A stretch of DNA of 64,000 nucleotides from Methanotrichaceae archaeon. Lineage in GTDB: Archaea; Halobacteriota; Methanosarcinia; Methanotrichales; Methanotrichaceae. A program made the translations under genes and the position numbers. The DNA is taken from contig CAVVKN010000012.1 in the NCBI GenBank assembly GCA_963748825.1, positions 1-64,000 on the forward strand, written 5' to 3'. Positions 1-9,243 of this stretch are shown here, in pieces (the first letter of the stretch is position 1; every line of letters begins with the position of its first letter). The notes under the pieces were generated by a model. It worked only from the letters and a program-made list of their open reading frames with translations, was not told the DNA's origin and did not search any database.

Positions 1-174
1 TAAAAACGCGGGCATCCGTCTGGGAGATGTAGTCTTCCAGCTCCTGGGGATTGCGATGGGCGGAGAGAACTTTATGCTCAAATGACGCCCCCTTCTCCTC
101 CAGTTTTCCTCAGCGACCTTGTCCACAATTGCCTGATCTGATTTGGAGCCCGAAATTATTGCAATATCGACCAT
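1..174 (-). CDS. purE: PurE (N5-CAIR mutase/AIR carboxylase), 5' part, runs off the window; apparent frameshift near 104-108
   Basis: Manual translation from ATG 174 gives MVDIAIISGSKSDQAIVDKVAE, then in a shifted frame LEEKGASFEHKVLSAHRNPQELEDYI (GSxSD and SAHR PurE motifs). Confidence 0.85.
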   Translation of the reverse strand, partial: MVDIAIISGSKSDQAIVDKVAEENWRRRGRHLSIKFSPPIAIPRSWKTTSPRRMPAFL

Positions 175-177
175 AAT

Positions 178-462
178 CTATCCTTGATTTCGGCCCTGCA
201 GCTCATGTTGCTTATTCACGCTCATCATAATCAGGATCTCAAAGATGCTCTTGACAGCCCCAGTGTCCAGATTCAACTCCGTGGCCAGATCCATGGCCCT
301 GGATAGAACCCTCATCTCGCGATGTGGATCGCTGATCGGCTTTCCTTCTGCCCTTTTAGCCTCAAAGATCTTCTTAGAGGTGCCTATGCGCTGATAGATG
401 AGCCTTATGATCTGCTCGTCAATCTGCTCAATATCGCTGCGATGCTCTTGTAGCCCCATCAA
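178..462 (-). CDS. Chorismate mutase (AroQ-type)
   Basis: 94 aa, RSDIEQIDEQIIRLIYQR...ISDPHRE; overlaps the shikimate kinase gene. Confidence 0.85.
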   Translation of the reverse strand: MMGLQEHRSDIEQIDEQIIRLIYQRIGTSKKIFEAKRAEGKPISDPHREMRVLSRAMDLATELNLDTGAVKSIFEILIMMSVNKQHELQGRNQG

Positions 463-1307
463 ATTCCCCGGCCCTTAGATGCGCATCTATTATTGGTCCT
501 CGTTCTTATCACTCTTCCGCCCAGAGGTCTCCAGGCAGCTTCAAGAACGTCCATCCTATCTTCATCAATTATTGCCGCATAAGCCGGTCCGGTTCCCGAA
601 AGGCTCACTCCTTCTGCCCCGGCCTCCAGCGCCAGGAGCAATGGCTCGGTAGGCAGGCCCAAAGCCGCGCAATAGGCCAGGCCGTTCAGGGTCATAGCCC
701 TGCCATAATCGCTGCGCATGGCCAGCTCGTAGATCACGTCCGCCATGGGCGCAATGAGCCGGGAGCGGGAAACATTGGTATCGATGGAGAAGAGCTTTCG
801 CTCAGGAACCAGGAGCATGACAATACGAGAGAACTCTTCCCGCTTGAGGAGGAGCATCCTGGCGTTGTCTGTAACTACAACGCCGCCCAGCATTGAGGCC
901 AAAGCGTCGTCCAGAGCGCCGGTAATGGTCACCCCCACTTCCCGGGCGGCGGCCACGCCGATCTTGGCCGCCTCTACAGGGTCCATCTCTTCTTGCAGAG
1001 CATCCAGGGTTGCCAGGACGGTGGCGTTGGCCGCGGTACTGCTGCTCTTGAGACCGCCGGCCACAGGGATCTCGCTGTAAGTTCGCACTATCGCGCCGTA
1101 GCAATAGCCCAGTCGCTCTTGCACCATGCGCACACAGGCCTCGATGAGGCGAGTGTCCATACCAGGAACGTCTCCCAAAATGTCGCCGGAATTGTTCAGC
1201 TCCACTTCGGCCCGTGTTTTGAGCTCGATTCCAAAGGCCGCCCCCTTCCAGGTGGCAACTGCATTGAGAACTGTGGCAGCGCCGTTTGCCCATGCATATC
1301 CTTTCAT
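459..1307 (-). CDS. aroK: Archaeal shikimate kinase (GHMP family)
   Basis: GAATVLNAVATWKG start, IPVAGGLKSSS GHMP motif, TITGALDD, SGTGP. Confidence 0.92.
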   Translation of the reverse strand: MKGYAWANGAATVLNAVATWKGAAFGIELKTRAEVELNNSGDILGDVPGMDTRLIEACVRMVQERLGYCYGAIVRTYSEIPVAGGLKSSSTAANATVLATLDALQEEMDPVEAAKIGVAAAREVGVTITGALDDALASMLGGVVVTDNARMLLLKREEFSRIVMLLVPERKLFSIDTNVSRSRLIAPMADVIYELAMRSDYGRAMTLNGLAYCAALGLPTEPLLLALEAGAEGVSLSGTGPAYAAIIDEDRMDVLEAAWRPLGGRVIRTRTNNRCASKGRGI

Positions 1308-1327
1308 GAATTTATCAGGTATCTCCC

Positions 1328-1852
1328 TTAAGCCTGCTCCATCTCAAAGATCTTCTTGAGCTTGTCCAGCTCTTTCGCAAACTCTTCCTTGCCTTCGCGA
1401 GTATATTTTGCAATCATCTTATTCAGATATTCAAGTTCTGTGATGGATGAGACGAAGATGGGCTGATAGCTGCCTAATTCAAAGAGCGGCAAGACCTCGA
1501 CACCGCCTTTGGTTGACATATCCTCCAGCCCCTTTACGACTACTATGAACGCGAAGTTCTTGTAGCCCAGTCCCCGGGCAATGTTCTTGGCGAAGCTGTT
1601 CATCTGCTGCACTCTTCGAGAAGAGAGGTCTTTGTAGGCTGCAACTGAATCTTTGTACTCCACAAACATGATGGATTCATCGGACCAGAGCAGGGCGTCA
1701 TACTCCACCACGGCAATAGCGTTCTTTAGAGCCACTACATTAAAGAGGACGCCGCGACACCAGCTTATGTTGAGGTGAAGCCGAAAGTCCGCTTCCGTCA
1801 TGGGCGTGTTCCTGGGCTTCAGGACATAAGGGTCGCTGGACAGTTCAATCAT
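1328..1852 (-). CDS. Hypothetical protein, possible PD-(D/E)xK/NERD-like nuclease fold
   Basis: EYDALLW...FVEYK resembles the E-x-D...E-x-K motif; sits in the operon-like run with aroK. Confidence 0.5.
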   Translation of the reverse strand: MIELSSDPYVLKPRNTPMTEADFRLHLNISWCRGVLFNVVALKNAIAVVEYDALLWSDESIMFVEYKDSVAAYKDLSSRRVQQMNSFAKNIARGLGYKNFAFIVVVKGLEDMSTKGGVEVLPLFELGSYQPIFVSSITELEYLNKMIAKYTREGKEEFAKELDKLKKIFEMEQA

Positions 1853-2468
1853 GAGGTATCACTTCTCTTTTCAGATAGATGGACTTTTCCCGTCGCATTA
1901 ACCATTTTGGTTATAACCAGTGGCTAACGACTACTCCACCAGCGCCAGGCACCAGGCACAACAGTTCACAGAGGATGCAATGAAATAGAAGAGTCCATAG
2001 CTTGGCAATTGTCTTGTTGAGCTGGAATTGCATCTTCATACAACGCGAGACTTTTCAGTCCTCCATGGTACTTCACACAAAAAGAGAGAAGTCTATATAT
2101 TTATTTCATTAGAATAATTAAAAATTAGTCGATAATATATTCCTTTTAGCAGAACATATTCTGGAAGAAAAAGCCGCTTAAGATACTGGTTTAAATGGGC
2201 AATTTTCAGAAATTTCTTTGTGATAACGCCAACAATCGCAAATAATTTATACTACACATTCTGTCGGAACATCAGTAACATAGTTTCGTATCAAACATTC
2301 GAACATCTCCGGGAATGGGGTCGGTCTCCTTTCTTCGGTTTTGTGGCAGGATCGGGAAGGGAGCATGGCAGCATATTTCGGAAGCCTGGGGGGCGCGCGC
2401 AGTCGGCAAAGAGCCGCGAGTATTGGCAGAATGATATCATCCGGAATAAGCACAAAAGAGGCGGCAGC

Positions 2469-5400
2469 ATGAGATGGCTGCTGCTCCTGGCCCTGCTGAC
2501 CATACTTTTGCTCGCATCTGCCCAGGCATCTCTGGTCAAAGTGGGCGCATACGACACGCCAGGATATGCCAAGAGCGTGACCCTGTCCGGCAGCTACGCC
2601 TATGTGGCCGACGGCTATTCTGGCCTGCAAGTCATCGACATCAGCAGCCCCACCAGTCCTTTCCTGAAAGGCACATGCAACACTCCCGGCTACGCTCATG
2701 GTGTGGCCATATCCGACAACTACGCCTATATGGCAGCCGGCGAGTCTGACCTGCAAATCATCGACATCAACAACCCCGTCAATCCCTCGTTGAAGTGCAC
2801 ATACAGCACGCCAGGCATTGCCTATGGAGTTGCCCTATCTGGCGGCTACGCCTATGTGGCCGCCGGCGATTCTGGCCTGCACATCGTTGACATCAACAGC
2901 CCCGTCAATCCCACATTGAAGGGCACATACGACACGTCAGGCACTGCTAACGGCGTGGCCCTGTCCGGCAGCTATGCCTATGTAGCCGACGGCAGTTCTG
3001 GTCTGCACATCGTTGACATCAACAGCCCCGTCAATCCCACATTGAAGGGCACATACGACACGTCAGGCACTGCCAACGGCGTGGCCCTATCCGGCAGCTA
3101 TGCCTATGTGGCCGCCGGAAGTTATGGCCTGCAGATCATCGATATCATCGACCCGGACAGACTCTCACTGAAAGGCACATACAACACGCAGGGCACTGCC
3201 AATGACATGGTCCTATCTGGCAGCTATGCCTATGTGGCCGATGGCAGTTCTGGCCTGCAGATCATCAACATCAGCGACCCAGCCAGCCCCTTTCTGAAGA
3301 GCACATACGACACGCCAGGCACTGCCGGGGGCGTGGCCCAGTCCGGCGGCTACGCCTATGTGGCCGACGGCGATTCAGGCCTGCAGATCCTCGCGGAAGG
3401 AGCATCCCTGCTGGGCAAGGCCTGGCATGATCAGGACTGCGACGGCCTCTGGGACTCGGGCGAGCTTGGCTACCCAAACGTTCCGGCAAGGCTTCTGGAC
3501 GGTACCGGAAGCCCCATTGCAGGCAAATCAACGACCACCGGCAGCGATGGCAGCTACTCCTTCCGGGACCTGGTTCCAGGCGATTATTATGTGGAGTTCA
3601 GCTTGCCCCAGGGCTGCGCCTTCAGCCCCAAAAACCAGGGCACTGACGACAGTCAGGATAGCGATGTGAATTCCAATGGAGTAAGTGAAAAAATCATATC
3701 CTTTCCTGGTCAAAGCCATAGTCTGGATGCCGGGATCTTTGCAGCCTATTCCATCTCCGGCATGAAGTTCAACGACCTGGATGGCGATGGTACTAAGGAC
3801 ACGGGTGAAGGCGGCCTGGATGGCTGGAAGATCTACAACGACAGCAACAATGACGGCAGCTTCCAGGAGGGCGAGATCTCTGCTATCACCGGCTCGCACG
3901 GTTCATATCAGTTCCAAAACCTGCCACCAGGAGACTACACCCTCCGCGAGGTTCAGCAGACCGGCTGGGCACAGACGACACCATCGGAAAACCTGCATAG
4001 CGTGGTGCTGACTAATGTGAACGTCGATAGCATCAACTTCGGTAACCGTGGAGCCCTCTCCATCTCCGGCATTAAGTTCAACGACTTGGACGGCGATGGT
4101 ACCAAGGACACGGGAGAAAGTTGCCTGTCCGGCTGGGACATCCAGCTCAAGGACAGTAGCGATTACCTCTTGCAGACCGCTACAACTAGCTTCGAGCTGG
4201 GCCAAGAGGGCAGTTACGAGTTCGTAAATCTGCAACCCGGCACCTACCGGGTGTACGAGGTTCAGAAACCCGGCTGGGTCCGGACAGTTCCTGTACAGGA
4301 GTACTATAGCGTAACCCTAACCAACTCTCCTTCCGGTGGGAATATCTTCGGTAATAACCTGTTGGCGATCTCCGGCGTGAAGTTCGAGGATCTGAACGGT
4401 AATAGTGCCAAGGATAGCGACGAGCCGGGATTAGAAGGCTGGACAATTAAGCTCAAAAGAGATGGCACGGAAGTCGCCAGCACTCTGACGATTACAGGTG
4501 GAGCTTATTCGTTTGCAGGCATCACTCCAGGTAGCTACACGGTTGAGGAGGTCTCTAAGCAATGCTGGGCTCAGACCTATCCCGCAGGCAATGTATACAT
4601 TGTAGTAGTCTCCAATACTGGACAGGTTGCGGTCACGAAAACAGATCAGACTTCCGTTGCGTCGACTGAGGTGAACTTCGGCAATGTTCCTACAGCCAGT
4701 ATTAGCGGCATGAAGTTCGAGGATCTGAACGGCAATGGTGCCAAAGATAGCGGCGAACCGGGATTAGAAGGCTGGACAATTAAGCTCAAAAAGGGTATCA
4801 CAGAAGTCGCCAGCACTCTGACGGTTGCAGGTGGAACTTATTCGTTTAGCGGCATCACATCCGGCAGCTACACCGTTGAAGAGGTAGTTCAGGACGGCTG
4901 GGTTCAGTCTTATCCCGCCTCACCAGGGACGCAAACAGTAACGCTGGTCTCTGGAGTAGCAGGACCGACAGACATCAATTTCGGTAACCTGCGCACGACC
5001 AGTTTTGCTGGCATGAAGTTCGAGGATCTGAATGGCAATGGTGCCAAGGATACGGACGAGCCGGGATTAGAAGGCTGGACAATTATGCTCAAAAATGGTA
5101 TCACAGAAGTTGCCAGCACTCAGACTGTTACAGGTGGTGCTTATTCGTTTACAGGCATCATACCCGGTACCTACGTAGTTGAGGAGGTCTCTAAGCAAGG
5201 CTGGGCTCAGACCTATCCAGCAGGCAATGTCTACACGGTAGTGGTCATCAATGCCGACCAGGTTACCGTCACGAAAGCAGATCAGACTTCAGTCACCTCG
5301 ACTGAGGTGAACTTCGGCAACGTGCCTACTGCCAGTATTAGCGGCATGAAGTTCGAGGATCTGAACGGCAACGGTCAGAAGGATGCAGAAGAGAAGGGGC

Positions 5401-8237
5401 TTAAGGACTGGACCATCAGGCTGCAAAGCCCGCAGATCACCGAGACCACTACGACCACCGGCCAGGACGGTTCATATCAGTTCCAAAACCTGCCACCTGG
5501 AGACTACACCGTCGGCGAAGAGCTGCAGAGTGGCTGGCTGCAGACATCTCCCGCTGGCGGCTCCTATTTGGTGATGCTCACGGATTCCGATGTCTCCGAG
5601 AGGGACTTCGGGAACCGCAAGCTCGTGGAGGCTTTCCTTGTCCAGATTACGGCCGATCCCCAGACGGTGCTGCCAGGCCAGGAGATCATCTTCAACATCA
5701 CCATCAACCGCCAGGGCGATATCCTGCTCGATAGCCTGGGCGCGGAATATACGCTACCTAAAGGTCTGAAGTTCATCTCCTCTAATCCCAGCCCTCAGAG
5801 CGTAATCGAGAACGCTGACGGCACCAGCACACTGATCTGGACAGTACTTGCCTTTGGCTCACAGATGGCTGCCCAGACGGCCGAATCTCAGGCCGCATCT
5901 GCGAACCTCGCAGGAGCGCCATCGCCTTCAACCACCATAACCGTAACCTCTCAAGTACAGCCAGGAGCACCGGAAAGTCTCACCAGCACAATCGTGGTCA
6001 CGGGCAGCACCGGTCAGGCAGCCGTGGCCCCGGTCATCGCCCAGACAAACGTGAAATGCCTGAAGCTGCTGAGTGACCCGGTGAAGCTGAACAAGACCTC
6101 CGACTTAAAAGAGGTCTGGCCAGGGACTACTGTCAGATACACCATCACTTACGAAAGCCTGGTGGACATCCCCCTGACTAATGTTGTGATCACGGAGCAT
6201 GCCTCTTCCGATCTCATCTTCCTCTCCGCTAATCCGGCACCGGATGCGGGAACGGAGAACGTCTGGAGCATCGGCACCCTGCCTCCTCTGGGCAAGGGCA
6301 CCATCAGCGTCCTTTTCCAGGTTAAAAATGCCTCAAATCTGAGTTTCGAGAGCCAGTCGTTCGTGTCAGGTAGCGGCTTTGTCAACAGCTATCGCCGCCT
6401 ATCCACGGAAACGCATGCAAGCGGTCTGAAAAACAGCGTTACCCTAACCGGTGACCAGTTCAAGCCCGTCTCGACAACCTACTACGTCAAGCTGCAGGAG
6501 AATGAAGGAACCATACTGCTCAAAAAGGAGCACGGCAGCGGAGAGTACAGAAACGAGGTGGTGGCAGCTTTGCAAATGCAAAACAGGTCGATCAAGAGCA
6601 TTAGCACTCTTCAGGCCGTCTACCGGACCACAAGCTTCGCTCTGCTAGGTGATAAGTCGATAGATTATGATTCCAGGGTATCCTCCCTGACCTATACCTG
6701 GAACCGCGCCACACATGCTTCGACCAGCCAGGAGTTCCGGTATGCCAAGAGCCTGGAGATGGATCAGCAGTTCTTGCTGGACCAGAACGAGACGATCATG
6801 TCGATGGAGGCGGAGTTCGTGGGCCAGGCCCATCTGGGCGTGCGCAAGAAGGATGGAGAAGCTGTCAAGCCCTCGCCCGTCTTCGAGTCTTCCCAGGACT
6901 ATGCCGGGACCTTCCGCATCAACCAGAGCCTGCAAGACTATGGCAGCAACGTGCGCATGATCCGCAATACCACCGGCCTGGGGCTAGCGGCCAGTGACCA
7001 GCGCCTGAAAAAGAGCCAGCGAAGCTATGAGCATGGCTTTGGCTCGTATGAGGGCGAGGAGCTGATCAGCACTGCGGAAAGCTTCATCGCCAAAGACCTG
7101 TTCGCCAGTTACGATCCGCAGTACGGCGACGGCAAATGGAAAGCGGGCATCTGGTCAAAGAGCCCCGGCCAAAGCTTCCTGGGCCAGGAGATTGCCGGGG
7201 CCGACTACATCCTGGAGGAGACAAAAGCGGAGGGCTTGAACGACATGTCCACCAATCTCAGATTCCAGGGAAAAGCCAGGCTGCGGGCCGTCTCAGAGAG
7301 CGCTCAACGCGAGGCGGATCTGGATGAAGAGTACGTGGGCCAGTACTCCTTGCAGCGCGAGGTTCACCTGGGGGGAGCATCCCGCTTCGATCGGCCTCAT
7401 CTCACATTGAACAAGACCGGGCAACTGGTGCCAGGCACCGCTGCAGCCGATTACACCATCACAGTTCTTAACGACGGCAACGCGGCCCTGGGGCCGGTCT
7501 ATGTTTGGGACATCTTCCCGGCGGGAACCGATTATCTGGGCTCCTCGCTCAAGCCCGAGCGGCTGCAGCCGGGCTATGCCAATTGGTCGCTGCACTACCT
7601 GGGCATCGGCCAGTCTGTGAACATCCACCTGCGGCTGAATGTAACTGACTCGCGGGACGAACTGGTCAATGTGGTCTACGCCTCGGGCGGCTATAATGAC
7701 CAGTGGATCAGCGCGGGCAACATGAGCGTCATGCAGTTCGGCTGGCTCTCCTGCTGCCCGCCAGAGATGCTCGTGGAAAAGCAGGCGCGCATCGATGCGG
7801 CGGACAGCCGGCTCATCTGGTATCGCATCCTTCTCAAAAACCAGGCCAACGTGAGCCTCGTAGCGCAGGTCACGGACCGCCTGCCTACGGGCCTGCAGCT
7901 CTTGAATGCCTCGGCACAGCCCCAGGTGGAGGGGCCGGATCTTGTCTGGGTAACTACGGCCATCCCTGCTGGTGAAAGCCGGTTCATCGAATATCGGGCC
8001 CAGGCCATGAGAAACGGCAAGTTCGTGAACACGGCCATGGTAGAGGCTCATGCCCTGGACGGCTCAGGCGGGACATCGACAGAGGCCAGCGCGACGGTGA
8101 CGGTGGGCGAGGCGACATCCTACGCCGAGGGCGGCTGGCGGCCACCGGAATGGGGGCTGGACAGATCGGAGATGATCTGCGACGATGAGATTGCCGGGGA
8201 TGGCGCGAGCTGTAGCTGTCCGCTGGTTGGTGAGTGA
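2469..8237 (+). CDS. Large secreted/surface protein: signal peptide, LVIVD repeats, multiple SdrD-B/CnaB-like domains, DUF11-like domains, Cys-rich C-terminus
   Basis: Likely start MRWLLLLALL at 2469; about 7 YAYVADGxSGLQIIDI repeats; repeated ISGMKFEDLNGNG..D..EPGLEGWTI; LNKT..YTITV..D..P modules. Confidence 0.85.
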   Translation: MRWLLLLALLTILLLASAQASLVKVGAYDTPGYAKSVTLSGSYAYVADGYSGLQVIDISSPTSPFLKGTCNTPGYAHGVAISDNYAYMAAGESDLQIIDINNPVNPSLKCTYSTPGIAYGVALSGGYAYVAAGDSGLHIVDINSPVNPTLKGTYDTSGTANGVALSGSYAYVADGSSGLHIVDINSPVNPTLKGTYDTSGTANGVALSGSYAYVAAGSYGLQIIDIIDPDRLSLKGTYNTQGTANDMVLSGSYAYVADGSSGLQIINISDPASPFLKSTYDTPGTAGGVAQSGGYAYVADGDSGLQILAEGASLLGKAWHDQDCDGLWDSGELGYPNVPARLLDGTGSPIAGKSTTTGSDGSYSFRDLVPGDYYVEFSLPQGCAFSPKNQGTDDSQDSDVNSNGVSEKIISFPGQSHSLDAGIFAAYSISGMKFNDLDGDGTKDTGEGGLDGWKIYNDSNNDGSFQEGEISAITGSHGSYQFQNLPPGDYTLREVQQTGWAQTTPSENLHSVVLTNVNVDSINFGNRGALSISGIKFNDLDGDGTKDTGESCLSGWDIQLKDSSDYLLQTATTSFELGQEGSYEFVNLQPGTYRVYEVQKPGWVRTVPVQEYYSVTLTNSPSGGNIFGNNLLAISGVKFEDLNGNSAKDSDEPGLEGWTIKLKRDGTEVASTLTITGGAYSFAGITPGSYTVEEVSKQCWAQTYPAGNVYIVVVSNTGQVAVTKTDQTSVASTEVNFGNVPTASISGMKFEDLNGNGAKDSGEPGLEGWTIKLKKGITEVASTLTVAGGTYSFSGITSGSYTVEEVVQDGWVQSYPASPGTQTVTLVSGVAGPTDINFGNLRTTSFAGMKFEDLNGNGAKDTDEPGLEGWTIMLKNGITEVASTQTVTGGAYSFTGIIPGTYVVEEVSKQGWAQTYPAGNVYTVVVINADQVTVTKADQTSVTSTEVNFGNVPTASISGMKFEDLNGNGQKDAEEKGLKDWTIRLQSPQITETTTTTGQDGSYQFQNLPPGDYTVGEELQSGWLQTSPAGGSYLVMLTDSDVSERDFGNRKLVEAFLVQITADPQTVLPGQEIIFNITINRQGDILLDSLGAEYTLPKGLKFISSNPSPQSVIENADGTSTLIWTVLAFGSQMAAQTAESQAASANLAGAPSPSTTITVTSQVQPGAPESLTSTIVVTGSTGQAAVAPVIAQTNVKCLKLLSDPVKLNKTSDLKEVWPGTTVRYTITYESLVDIPLTNVVITEHASSDLIFLSANPAPDAGTENVWSIGTLPPLGKGTISVLFQVKNASNLSFESQSFVSGSGFVNSYRRLSTETHASGLKNSVTLTGDQFKPVSTTYYVKLQENEGTILLKKEHGSGEYRNEVVAALQMQNRSIKSISTLQAVYRTTSFALLGDKSIDYDSRVSSLTYTWNRATHASTSQEFRYAKSLEMDQQFLLDQNETIMSMEAEFVGQAHLGVRKKDGEAVKPSPVFESSQDYAGTFRINQSLQDYGSNVRMIRNTTGLGLAASDQRLKKSQRSYEHGFGSYEGEELISTAESFIAKDLFASYDPQYGDGKWKAGIWSKSPGQSFLGQEIAGADYILEETKAEGLNDMSTNLRFQGKARLRAVSESAQREADLDEEYVGQYSLQREVHLGGASRFDRPHLTLNKTGQLVPGTAAADYTITVLNDGNAALGPVYVWDIFPAGTDYLGSSLKPERLQPGYANWSLHYLGIGQSVNIHLRLNVTDSRDELVNVVYASGGYNDQWISAGNMSVMQFGWLSCCPPEMLVEKQARIDAADSRLIWYRILLKNQANVSLVAQVTDRLPTGLQLLNASAQPQVEGPDLVWVTTAIPAGESRFIEYRAQAMRNGKFVNTAMVEAHALDGSGGTSTEASATVTVGEATSYAEGGWRPPEWGLDRSEMICDDEIAGDGASCSCPLVGE
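2540..3395 (+). repeat. Intragenic tandem 126-bp LVIVD repeat units, two nearly identical at DNA level
   Basis: ctgcacatcgttgacatcaacagccccgtcaatcccacattgaagggcacatacgacacgtcaggcactgc occurs twice, 126 bp apart. Confidence 0.85.
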
Positions 8238-8522
8238 GAAAAAGGCTCTTGGGAATAGGGTGCTGCTCATTCATTTTATTATAGTAGATGATAAAGGAAA
8301 CCAAGATATAACACTTAATTTTGCGGATTGTGCATTTCGAATTATTGTAGTTAGACCAAGATCCCCTCGGCCAACGGAAGATCCTCGGAATCGGAAAAGA
8401 TGGATACGGGATCTATGATAGGAAACTGAGGGAGCACTCCACGGCCAGATCGCTCCCGTCAGTCTTTTCGCGACCTTTATCGGCTCATTGCCAGAGGACG
8501 ATACAAAAGCCCATAGCTGTAC

Positions 8523-8765
8523 TCAACTCAGTTCCTCATTAACTCGATTAATGGCTTCCAGAAGATTTGCGCCTTTTTGTGTGGTTTCATACAATACGTT
8601 TTTTCCTGAGTTGACTTCTATTAGTTTGCTTCCGATCAATGTCTCCAAGTAGGGCTTTACCGTCTTGAAGTTGAGGTTTACCTGATACACTATTCGGGTC
8701 TTGCTGGCACTTTTCGCGCACGTATCTAGAATTTGGGCTAAGATCTCTTCACGGCTTCTCTTCAT
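8523..8765 (-). CDS. Small winged-helix transcription regulator (ArnR1-like/HTH_45 type)
   Basis: MKRSREEILAQILD..SKTRIVYQVNLNF..YL..L...LI...YETTQKG is typical of this archaeal family. Confidence 0.8.
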   Translation of the reverse strand: MKRSREEILAQILDTCAKSASKTRIVYQVNLNFKTVKPYLETLIGSKLIEVNSGKNVLYETTQKGANLLEAINRVNEELS

Positions 8766-8844
8766 GCTCCACCTCTTACTGAGCTACGGATTTCCAATCC
8801 GGAATAGTACTATTGATGCATCGCACGCTGTTTATTTAAGGACA

Positions 8845-8882
8845 TATGGCACAGAACATGGATTATAGCACAAAATGTGAAC
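8845..8882 (-). promoter_or_regulatory. 38-bp conserved motif copy 1, 5 bp upstream of a TTAAATA TATA box for the wHTH gene
   Basis: + strand tatggcacagaacatggattatagcacaaaatgtgaac; aligns without gaps to 4 other copies. Confidence 0.7.
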
Positions 8883-9243
8883 ATATATACTCTATCATTA
8901 TTTTTAATTTTGAAAGCGATTTTTATATTATTATTTATGATAACCATATTGATTGATTATTTAAGCTTAATAAAATAATTATTAATAATAGCTTTGGATA
9001 CAAATGAAATTAGCGGAACACAGCGCAAAATTGGCTAAAAAAAACGGATGGTCTTTCTAGAACATTCGGATAGAGAGTTAGGGTTATGACGGGTTATGAC
9101 GCGGGACTAATAAGAACCAATCACCATGACCTTATTTCCTCTCGTGATACACTGTTTTATATCGAATAGAGTAAATTCTAAAATTGGCATTGAGATTTCG
9201 GAAGAACCCTTCTATCTCCAATTTAGAGGAGTGTGGATATGCC

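Noticed and set aside
2220-2468. N-terminal extension of the 2005-aa ORF
   Set aside because: The signal peptide and an RBS-like sequence point to ATG 2469.
9081-9100. gggttatgac tandem duplication
   Set aside because: Only two copies with no context suggesting function.
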